A stretch of DNA of 64,000 nt. It comes from Leptogorgia sarmentosa (taxonomy: Eukaryota). Position numbers and translations under genes: made by a program. The notes under the pieces were generated by a model. That model saw nothing but the letters and a program-made list of their open reading frames with translations. It did no database searches and was not told the DNA's origin. Positions 12,901 through 24,900 of the stretch are shown piece by piece. The stretch spans positions 3,162,001-3,226,000 of the forward strand of contig OZ210884.1 in assembly GCA_964658305.1 (NCBI GenBank), written 5' to 3'. Within the stretch, counting starts at the first letter, position 1; each line of letters opens with the position of its first letter.

Positions 12901-15900
12901 TAGTAGAGGTGCTGGAAGTGAATGTCATAATTATGTAAACCTCCTTACAATCAGTAGGCTATTACTTGTTCCTCTTCGCAAACACTTTTTATTACGAGAG
13001 ATTTCACATATTGACTTTGTGCAAGGTTCAATTTTGATTTCATTTGAGAGGTTATGCTGGCACATTGGAAACATTGATCGTGTGCATGATATCTATTTGA
13101 AACGCTGTATTTTTGAAGCTTCTTCTGCGCTAATGAGGTTAAGATATAGTTTTCAAAAAAAATTTGTAGAGAGTTATCTAAACACCTATTACAATATTAC
13201 TGTACATCGAAGCCTAAATATAATAATCAATTCCATGAACACGTTTAGATCGGACATTAAAAAACTATAATATTTTAGCCATCATAAATATGTCCTATTG
13301 AGTGTGTCTATATATGTTGCAGACAACGTGCATATTTCACAGACGTCAAAAAAATTTTGATATCATGCCTCCGGTTCTATCTATTTTTAGACCGGGATCT
13401 GTCATTGTAGACTCCGTCGTAACATTGAACGATACGATTGCATTGAATGATTCAATGTTAGAGAGTGAACTTGGCGGAAGTTTGAACGCAACAAGTGATG
13501 GGTTCTTTCTGGGTGACGAATTTCAACTCAGTAACAGTACAGATGCATCGCCTTTCTCCATTTCAGGTATGTCCATTTCATCTAGCAAGAATCTAGCGAC
13601 ATCTTTATGCAGCTCTTGCCACATCACATAAATATTGATATAAAGAATGAAAGCAAAATTTCCGGAAATCCTAAAATTAGCTGAATAATATTGTTAAAAT
13701 TATTATCACGATATTGCCATTATTATTTGGTGCTTTGTTTGGCACAAATCTTTTTTAGAGTCTGGTTTGATTTTATTTATTATGTAACATAGTGGAATTA
13801 TCTAAAGTTTGCAAAACTAAAGTACCTAAAAAATTTTCAATTTTAGTATTGTCGACAACGCCAAGTTCATCGATAGTGATAACAACCGAACCAGGTAATT
13901 TTTGTTTTATTATTTTGTTCTAAAAAGAAATTTTTCCTGCATTTTGTTGCCTTACATTTGAAGTCTCAGTATTGGTTGAGGCAATATTTATGAAAACCAG
14001 CGATTCCTTTCGTATTTCCATGGTAGTAAATAGGGGGTCTATAATGATTATTGTTGGAAAATGGCACATCAGTCGAAAATGGATAGAAAAACAAATCTTT
14101 TTTAAAGTCTGGTTTGATTTTATTATGCAATATAGTGAAATTATCTACAGTTCGCAAAACTAAAGAAGCTAAAATATTTTCAATTTTAGTTGGGTCTAGA
14201 ACGTCAAGTTCATCGATTGTGAAAACAACCGAACCAGGTAATTTTTCTTTTAGTATTTCGTTCTAAAAAGAAATTTTTCGTGCATTTTTTTGCCTTACAT
14301 TCGAAGTTTCAGTATTGGTGGAGACAATATTTATGAAAACTAGCGATTCCTTTCATATTTCCATCGTAGTAAATAGGGGTCTATAATGATGATTGTTGGA
14401 AAATGCCACATCAGTCGAAAATGAATACAAAAACAAATATTTTTTAAAGTCTGGCTTGATTTTATTATGTAATATTGTGAAACTATCTAAAGTTCGCAAA
14501 ACTAAAGAATAAAATTTAAAATTTTAGTAGTGTCGTCAACGCCAATTCCATCGATTGTGACGACAACCGAACCAGGTAATTTTTCTTTTAGTATTTCGTT
14601 CTAAAAACAAATTTTGCCTGCTTTTTGTTGCCTTACATTTGAAGGTTCATTATTGGTGAGGCAATATTTAAGTCGAAAATGAATACAAAAACAAATATTT
14701 TTTAAAGTCTGGCTTGATTTTATTATGTAATATAGTGAAACTATCTAAAGTTCGGAAAACTAAAGTAGGTAAAAAATTTTTAATTTTTCACGACAACGCC
14801 AAATTCATCGATTGTGACAATAACCGAACCAGGTAATTTTTCTTTCAATATTTTGTTCTAAAAGGAAATTTTTCCTGCATTTTGTTGGCTTGCGTTTAAA
14901 TTCTTCGTTATTGGTGGAGACAATATTTACGAAAACCAGCGGTTCCTTTTATTTTTGCTTGGGAGTATAAATAGGGGTCTATAATGACGATTGTTGGGAA
15001 ATGGCACATCAGTCGAAAATGAAGACAAAAACAAATCTTTTTTGGAGTCTGGTTTGATTTTATTATGTAATATAATAAAAGGTTCGGAAAACTAAAGAAT
15101 AAAATTTTCAATTTTAGTTGTGTCGACAACGCCAATTTCATTGATTGAGACAAAAACTGGGACAGGTAACTTTTCTTTTAGGATTTCCTTCTAAAACGAA
15201 TTTGATCCTGCATTTTTTTGCCTTACATTTAAATGCTTTATTATTGATGCAGACAAAATTTTTTAAACCTGCAATTCCTTTCATACTTGTTTGAAGTAGA
15301 AAGGGGTCAATAATGATTGCTTAGTTGGAAAATGACACATCAGTCGCACATTAAAACAAAAACAAGTCTTTTTTAGAGTCTGGTTAGATTTCATTTGATA
15401 AAAATGTGAGATTATCTAAGGTTCGCAACACTAAAAAATAAAACTATCAATTTTAGTAGTGTCGACAACGTCAATTTCATCGATTGAGACAACAACCGGG
15501 CCAGGTAACTTTTCTTATAATATTTCCTGCTAAAACGAATTTGATCCTGCATTTTGTTCGCTTTTTAAATGGTTCATTATTGATGCAGACAATATTTATT
15601 AAATCAGTGATTTCTTTAAAGTGTGGTTTGATTTCATTTGATAAAAATGTGAAATTATCTAAGGTTCACAACACTAAAGAATAAAACTATCAATTTTAGT
15701 AGTGTCGACAACGCCAATTTCATCGATTGAGACAACAACTGGGCCAGGTAACTTTTCTTTTAGTATTTCCTTCTAAAACGAATTTGATCCTGCATTTTGT
15801 TGGCTCTTTAAATGGTTCATTTTTGATGCAGACAATATTTTTTAAATCAGCGATTCCATTCCATTCATACTTCTTTGGAATTTAAAGGGGGTCAATAATG

Positions 15901-18900
15901 ATTGATTAGTTGGAAAATGGCACATCAGTCGCACATTAAAACAAAAACAAGTCTTTTTTAGAGTCTGGTTTGATTTCATATGATAAAAATGTGAAATTAT
16001 CTAAGGTTCGCAACACTAAAGAATAAAACTATCAATTTTAGTAGTGTCGACAACGCCAATTTCATCGATGGAAACAACAACCGGACCAGGTAACTTTTCT
16101 TTTAGTATTTCCTTCTAAAACGAATTTGATTCTGCATTTTTTGGCCTGCATTTAAATGCTTCATTATTGATGCAGACAATATTTTTTAAACCAGCGATTC
16201 CTTTCATACTTTTTGCATGTAAAAAGGGGTCAATAATGATTGATTAGTTAGAAGAAGGCACATCAGACGCACATGAAAACAAAAACAAATCTTTTTTACT
16301 GTCTGGTTTGATTTCATGTGATAAAAATGTGAAATTATCAAAGGTTCGCAACACTAAAGAATAAAACTATCAATTTCAGTAGTGTCGACAACGCCAATTT
16401 CACCGATTGAAACAACAACCGGGCCAGGTAACTTTTCTTTTAGTATATCCTTCTAAAACGAATTTGATCCTGCATTTTTTTGGCTTACATTTAAATGCTT
16501 CATTATTGATGCAGACAATATTTTTTAAACAATCGATTCTTTTCATACTTTTTCCAAGTAAAAAGGTGTCAATAATGATTGATTAGTTGGAAAATGGCAC
16601 ACCAGTCGCACATTAAAACAAAAACAAGTATTTTTTAGAGTCTGGTTTGATTTCATTTGATAAAAATGTGAAATTATCTAAGGTTCGCAACACTAAAAAA
16701 TAAAACTATCAATTTTAGTAGTGTCGACAACGTCAATTTCATCGATTGAGACAACAACCGGGCCAGGTAACTTTTCTTATAATATTTCCTGCTAAAACGA
16801 ATTTGATCCTGCATTTTTATCGCTTTTTAAATGGTTCATTATTGATGCAGACAATATTTTTTAAACCAGCGATTCCTTTCATACTTTTTGCAAGTAAAAA
16901 GGGGTCAATAATGATTGATTAGTTAGAAGATGGCACATCAGTCGCACATGAGAACAAAAACAAATCTTTTTTACAGTCTGGTTTGATTTCATTTGATAAA
17001 AATGTGAAATTATCAAAGGTTCGCAACACTAAAGAATAAAACTATCAATTTCAGTAGTGTCGACAACGCCAATTTCATCGATTGAGACAACAACCGGGCC
17101 AGGTAACTTTTCTTTTAGTATTTCCTTCTAAAACGAATTTGATCCTGCATTTTGTTGGCTTTTTAAATGGTTCATTATTGATGCAGACAATATTTATTAA
17201 ATCAGTGATTTCTTTAAAGTGTGGTTTGATTTCATTTGATAAAAATGTGAAATTATCTAAGGTTCACAACACTAAAGAATAAAACTATCAATTTTAGTAG
17301 TGTCGACAACGCCAATTTCATCGATTGAGACAACAACTGGGCCAGGTAACTTTTCTTTTAGTATTTCCTTCTAAAACGAATTTGATCCTGCATTTTGTTG
17401 GCTCTTTAAATGGTTCATTTTTGATGCAGACAATATTTTTTAAATCAGCGATTCCATTCCATTCATACTTCTTTGGAATTTAAAGGGGGTCAATAATGAT
17501 TGATTAGTTGGAAAATGGCACATCAGTCGCACATTAAAACAAAAACAAGTCTTTTTTAGAGTCTGGTTTGATTTCATATGATAAAAATGTGAAATTATCT
17601 AAGGTTCGCAACACTAAAGAATAAAACTATCAATTTTAGTAGTGTCGACAACGCCAATTTCATCGATGGAAACAACAACCGGACCAGGTAACTTTTCTTT
17701 TAGTATTTCCTTCTAAAACGAATTTGATTCTGCATTTTTTGGCCTGCATTTAAATGCTTCATTATTGATGCAGACAATATTTTTTAAACCAGCGATTCCT
17801 TTCATACTTTTTGCATGTAAAAAGGGGTCAATAATGATTGATTAGTTAGAAGAAGGCACATCAGACGCACATGAAAACAAAAACAAATCTTTTTTACTGT
17901 CTGGTTTGATTTCATGTGATAAAAATGTGAAATTATCAAAGGTTCGCAACACTAAAGAATAAAACTATCAATTTCAGTAGTGTCGACAACGCCAATTTCA
18001 CCGATTGAAACAACAACCGGGCCAGGTAACTTTTCTTTTAGTATATCCTTCTAAAACGAATTTGATCCTGCATTTTTTTGGCTTACATTTAAATGCTTCA
18101 TTATTGATGCAGACAATATTTTTTAAACAATCGATTCTTTTCATACTTTTTCCAAGTAAAAAGGTGTCAATAATGATTGATTAGTTGGAAAATGGCACAC
18201 CAGTCGCACATTAAAACAAAAACAAGTATTTTTTAGAGTCTGGTTTGATTTCATTTGATAAAAATGTGAAATTATCTAAGGTTCGCAACACTAAAAAATA
18301 AAACTATCAATTTTAGTAGTGTCGACAACGTCAATTTCATCGATTGAGACAACAACCGGGCCAGGTAACTTTTCTTATAATATTTCCTGCTAAAACGAAT
18401 TTGATCCTGCATTTTTATCGCTTTTTAAATGGTTCATTATTGATGCAGACAATATTTTTTAAACCAGCGATTCCTTTCATACTTTTTGCAAGTAAAAAGG
18501 GGTCAATAATGATTGATTAGTTAGAAGATGGCACATCAGTCGCACATGAGAACAAAAACAAATCTTTTTTACAGTCTGGTTTGATTTCATTTGATAAAAA
18601 TGTGAAATTATCAAAGGTTCGCAACACTAAAGAATAAAACTATCAATTTCAGTAGTGTCGACAACGCCAATTTCATCGATTGAGACAACAACCGGGCCAG
18701 GTAACTTTTCTTTTAGTATTTCCTTCTAAAACGAATTTGATCCTGCATTTTGTTGGCTTTTTAAATGGTTCATTATTGATGCAGACAATATTTATTAAAT
18801 CAGCGATTTCTTTAAAGTGTGGTTTGATTTCATTTGATAAAAATGTGAAATTATCTAAGGTTCACAACACTAAAGAATAAAAGTATCAATTTTAGTAGTG

Positions 18901-21900
18901 TCGACAACGTCAATTTCATCGATTGAGACAACAACCGGGCCAGGTAACTTTTCTTTTAGTATTTCCTTCTAAAACGAATTTGATCCTGCATTTTGTTGGC
19001 TTTTTAAATGGTTCATTATTGATGCAGACAATATTTATTAAATCAGCGATTTCTTTAAAGTGTGGTTTGATTTCATTTGATAAAAATGTGAAATTATCTA
19101 AGGTTCACAACACTAAAGAATAAAACTATCAATTTTAGTAGTGTCGACAACGTCAATTTCATCGATTGAGACAACAACTGGGCCAGGTAACTTTTCTTTT
19201 AGTATTTCCTTCTAAAACTAATTTGATCCTGCATTTTGTTGGCTTTTTAAATGTTTCATTATTGATGCAGACAATGTTTATTAAATCAGCGATTTCTTTA
19301 AAGTGTGGTTTGATTTCATTTGATAAAAATGTGAAATTATCTAAGGTTCACAACACTAAAGAATAAAACTATCAATTTTAGTAGTGTCGACAACGTCAAT
19401 TTCATCGATTGAGACAACAACTGGGCCAGGTAACTTTTCTTTTAGTATTTCCTTCTAAAACGAATTTGATCCTGCATTTTGTTGGCTTTTTAAATGGTTC
19501 ATTTTTGATGCAGACAATATTTTTTAAATCAGCGATTCCATTCATACTTCTTTGGAATTTAAAGGGGGTCAATAATGATTGATTAGTTGGAAAATGGCAC
19601 ATCAGTCGAACATTAAAAAAAAACAAGTCTTTTTTAGAGTCTGGTTTGATTTCATTTGATAAAAATGTGAAATTATCTAAGGTTCGCAACACTAAAGAAT
19701 AAAACTATCAATTTTAGTAGTGTCGACAACGCCAATTTCATCGATGGAAACAACAACCGGACCAGGTAACTTTTCTTTTAGTATTTCCTTCTAAAACGAA
19801 CTTGATTCTGCATTTTTTGGCCTACATTTAAATGCTTCATTATTGATGCAGACAATATTTTTTAAACCAGCGATTCCTTTCATACTTTTTGCAAGTAAAA
19901 AGGGGTCAATAATGATTGATTAGTTAGAAAAAAACACATCAGACGCACATGAAAACAAAAACAAATCTTTTTTACAGTCTGGTTTGATTTCATTTGATAA
20001 AAATGTGAAATTATCAAAGGTTCGCAACACTAAAGAATAAAACTATCAATTTTAGTAGTGTCGACAACTCCAATTTCATCGATTGAAACAACAACCGGGC
20101 CAGGTAACTTTTCTTTTAGTATATCCTTCTAAAACGAATTTGATCCTGCATTTTTTTGCTTACATTTAAATACTTCATTATTGATGCAGACAGTATTGAT
20201 TAAAACAGCGATTCCTTTCATACTTCTTTGGAAGTAAAAAGGGGTCAATAATGATTGATTAGTTGGCAAATGGAACATCAGTCAGATATTAAAACAAAAA
20301 CAATTCTTTTTTAGAGACTGTTTTGATTTCATTTGATAAAAATGTGAAATTATCTAAGGTTCGCAACACTAAAGAATAAAACTATCAATTTTAGTAGTGT
20401 CGACAACGCCAATTTCATCGATTGAAACAACAACCGGGCCAGGTAACTTTTCTTTTAGTATATCCTTCTAAAACGAACTTGATCCTGCATTTTTTTGGCC
20501 TACATTTAAATGCTTCATTATTGATGCAGACAATATTTTTTAAACCAGCGATTCCTTTCATACTTTTTGCAAGTAAAAAGGGGTCAATAATGATTGATTA
20601 GTTAGAAGATGGCACATCAGTCGCACATGAAAACAAAAACAAATCTTTTTTACAGTCTGGTTTGATTTCATTTGATAAAAATGTGAAATTATCAAAGGTT
20701 CGCAACACTAAAGAATAAAACTATCAATTTTAGTAGTGTCGACAACGCCAATTTCATCGATGGAAACAACAACCGGACCAGGTAACTTTTCTTTTAGTAT
20801 TTCCTTCTAAAACGAACTTGATTCTGCATTTTTTTGGCCTACGTTTAAATGCTTCATTATTGATGGAGACAATATTTTTTAAACCAGCGATTCCTTTCAT
20901 ACTTTTTGCAAGTAAAAAGGGGTCAATAACGATTGATTAGTTAGAAGATGGCACATCAGAGGCACATGAAAACAAAAACAAATCTTTTTTACAGTCTGGT
21001 TTGATTTCATTTGATAAAAATGTGAAATTATCAAAGGTTCGCAACACTAAAGAATAAAACTATCAATTTTAGTAGTGTCGACAACTCCAATTTCATCGAT
21101 TGAAACAACAACCGGGCCAGGTAACTTTTCTTTTAGTATATCCTTCTAAAACGAATTTGATCCTGCATTTTTTTGCTTACATTTAAATACTTCATTATTG
21201 ATGCAGACAGTATTGATTAAAACAGCGATTCCTTTCATACTTCTTTGGAAGTAAAAAGGGGTCAATAATGATTGATTAGTTGGCAAATGGAACATCAGTC
21301 AGATATTAAAACAAAAACAATTCTTTTTTAGAGACTGTTTTGATTTCATTTGATGAAAATGTGAAATTATCTAAGGTTCGCAACACTAAAGAATAAAACT
21401 ATCAATTTTAGTAGTGTCGACAACGCCAATTTCATCGATTGAAACAACAACCGGGCCAGGTAACTTTTCTTTTAGTATATCCTTCTAAAACGAACTTGAT
21501 CCTGCATTTTTTTGGCCTACATTTAAATGCTTCATTATTGATGCAGACAATATTTTTTAAACCAGCGATTCCTTTCATACTTTTTGCAAGTAAAAAGGGG
21601 TCAATAATGATTGATTAGTTAGAAGATGGCACATCAGTCGCACATGAAAACAAAAACAAATCTTTTTTACAGTCTGGTTTGATTTCATTTGATAAAAATG
21701 TGAAATTATCAAAGGTTCGCAACACTAAAGAATAAAACTATCAATTTTAGTAGTGTCGACAACGCCAATTTCATCGATGGAAACAACAACCGGACCAGGT
21801 AACTTTTCTTTTAGTATTTCCTTCTAAAACGAACTTGATTCTGCATTTTTTTGGCCTACGTTTAAATGCTTTATTATTGATGGAGACAATATTTTTTAAA

Positions 21901-24900
21901 CCAGCGATTCCTTTCATACTTTTTGCAAGTAAAAAGGGGTCAATAACGATTGATTAGTTAGAAGATGGCACATCAGAGGCACATGAAAACAAAAACAAAT
22001 CTTTTTTACAGTCTGGTTTGATTTCATTTGATAAAAATGTGAAATTATCAAAGGTTCGCAACACTAAAGAATAAAACTATCAATTTTAGTAGTGTCGACA
22101 ACGCCAATTTCACCGATTGAAACAACAACCGGGCCAGGTAACTTTTCTTTTAGTATATCCTTCTAAAACGAATTTGATCCTGCATTTTTTTGCTTACATT
22201 TAAATACTTCATTATTGATGCAGACAATATTGATTAAACCAGCGATTCCTTTCATACTTCTTTGGAAGTAAAAAGGGGTCAATAATGATTGATTCGTTGG
22301 CAAATGGAACATCAGTCACATATTAAAACAAAAACAATTCTTTTTTAGAGACTGTTTTGATTTCATTTGATAAAAATGTGAAATTATCTAAGGTTCGCAA
22401 CACTAAAGAATAAAACTATCAATTTTATTAGTGTCGACAACGCCAATTTCATCGATTGAGACAACAACCGGGCCAGGTAACTTTTCTTTTAGTATTTCCT
22501 TCTAAAACGAATTTGATCCTGCATTTTGTTGATTTTTTAAATGGTTCATTATTGATGCAGACAATATTTATTAAATCAGCGATTTCTTTAAAGTGTGGTT
22601 TGATTTCATTTGATAAAAATGTGAAATTATCTAAGGTTCACAACACTAAAGAATAAAACTATCAATTTTAGTAGTGTCGACAACGTCAATTTCATCGATT
22701 GAGACAACAACTGGGCCAGGTAACTTTTCTTTTAGTATTTCCTTCTAAAACGAATTTGATCCTGCATTTTGTTGGCTTTTTAAATGGTTCATTTTTGATG
22801 CAGACAATATTTTTTAAATCAACGATTCCATTCATACTTCTTTGGAATTTAAAGGGGGTCAATAATGATTGATTAGTTGGAAAATGGCACATCAGTCGCA
22901 CATTAAAACAAAAAAAAGTCTTTTTTAGAGTCTGGTTTGATTTCATTTGATAAAAATGTGAAATTATCTAAGGTTCGCAACACTAAAGAATAAAACTATC
23001 AATTTTAGTAGTGTCGACAACGCCAATTTCATCGATTGAGACAACAACCGGACCAGGTAACTTTTCTTTTAGTATTTCCTTCTAAAACGAACTTGATTCT
23101 GCATTTTTTGGCCTACATTTAAATGCTTCATTATTGATGCAGACAATATTTTTTAAACCAGCGATTCCTTTCATACTTTTTGCAAGTAAAAAGGGGTCAA
23201 TAATGATTGATTAGTTAGAAGAAAACACATCAGACGCACATGAAAACAAAAACAAATCTTTTTTACAGTCTGATTTGATTTCATTTGATAAAAATGTGAA
23301 ATTTTCAAAGGTTCGCAACACTAAAGAATAAAACTGTCAATTTTAGTAGTGTCTACAACGCCAATTTCATCGATTGAGACGACAACCGAACCAGGTAATT
23401 TTTCTTTTAGTATTTTGTACAAAAACAAATTTTCTCTACATTGTGTTAGTGCTTCATTATTGGTGGAGACAATATTAATTTTATTTAACCAGCGATTCCT
23501 TTCATATTTTTTCTCAGTAAAAAGGTATCTATAATGATTGATAGTTAGAAAATGACACGTCAGTCTCACATTATTACAAAAGCAAGTCTTTTTTATAGTC
23601 TCGTTTGATTTTATTATATAATATAGTGAAATTCTCTAAAATTCTTAAAATTAAAGTATGAAATGTTCAATTTTAGTAGTGTCGACAACGCCAAATTCAT
23701 CGATTGTGACAACTACCGGGCCAGGTAATTTTTCTTTAGGTATTTTCTTCTGAAAATAATTTGTTCCTGCATTTTGTTGGCTTTAGCTTCGATTCCTTTC
23801 ATATTTCTTTCTCAGTAAAAAGGTATCTATAATGATTGATAGTTGGAAAATGACTCGCCAGTCTCACATTATTACAAAAGCAAGTCTTTTTTAGAGTTTC
23901 GTTTGATTTTATTATATAATGTAGTCAAATTATCTAAAATTCCCAAAATTAAAGTATAGAATGTTCAATTTTAGTACTGTCTACAACGCCAATTTCATCG
24001 GTTGTGACAACAACCGAGCCAGGTAATTCTTCTCTATAGTATTTTCTTCTAAAAAGAATTTTTCCTGCATTTTGTTGGCTTGCATTTAAATGTTTCATTA
24101 TTAGTGGAGACAATTTTTATAAAACAGCGATTTCTTTCATATTTCTTTGGAAGTAAAAATGGGTCTATAATGATAGGTCGCTGGAATATGGCGCAACAGC
24201 CGCACATTAAACGAAAAGAAGTCTTTTTTAGAGTCTGGTTTGATTTTATTATATAATATAGTGAAATGATCTAATGTTCCCAAAGTTAAAGTATAAAATT
24301 TTCAATTTTAGTAGTATCGACAACGCCAATTTCATCGATTGTGACAACTACCGCGCCAGGTAATTTTTCTTTTAGTATTGCCTTCTAAAAATAAAATGTT
24401 CCTGCATTTTGTTGGCTTGCATTTAAATGTTTCATTATTAATTAGTGGAGACATTTTTTATATAGCTACCAGCGTTGCGTTTCCATCGCATGGCATGTTA
24501 CTATGGCCATTAATATATTCAGTACTGTTTAATTTTGAATAAAAGCATCATAAATTCATAAATTTTCAATATATTGTCGGATGGTGTATGTTATACAAGG
24601 GATGGTGAAAAAAATTTACCAATTCAACATCAACGAAATCTCCCAAAGAATCACCCGCTTCTGACCAAACTCATCGGTTCTTTGGCAGAGGTGCATGTGA
24701 AATGCGGGTGACTGGCGCAATAAAACCAGTTCGTTTATTGATAATATAAACAATTTTTGCCCAAGTTTTAATTAATAAAATATATTTGAACGGTTTTGTA
24801 GGACATTTTTTGAAGGGGGGTGACTAAATACGCTGGATCCGCCCCTGCGTGCACCAGTGCGACTGACACATTAGGGTTTCTTGCGTTCTTTTTACACGTT

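Noticed and set aside
2636..23569. Repeated 60-97 aa ORFs in the ORF track (MWRQPNQ..., MRQQPGQ..., MDTSKIE...)
   Set aside because: They are off-frame or antisense readings through repeat introns, often with non-ATG starts, and they recur only because the DNA is repeated.
1183..24359. CRISPR-like regularly spaced short repeats
   Set aside because: The 'spacers' are themselves homologous, 200-300 bp long and bounded by GT..AG. There are no cas genes and the context is a spliceosomal gene.
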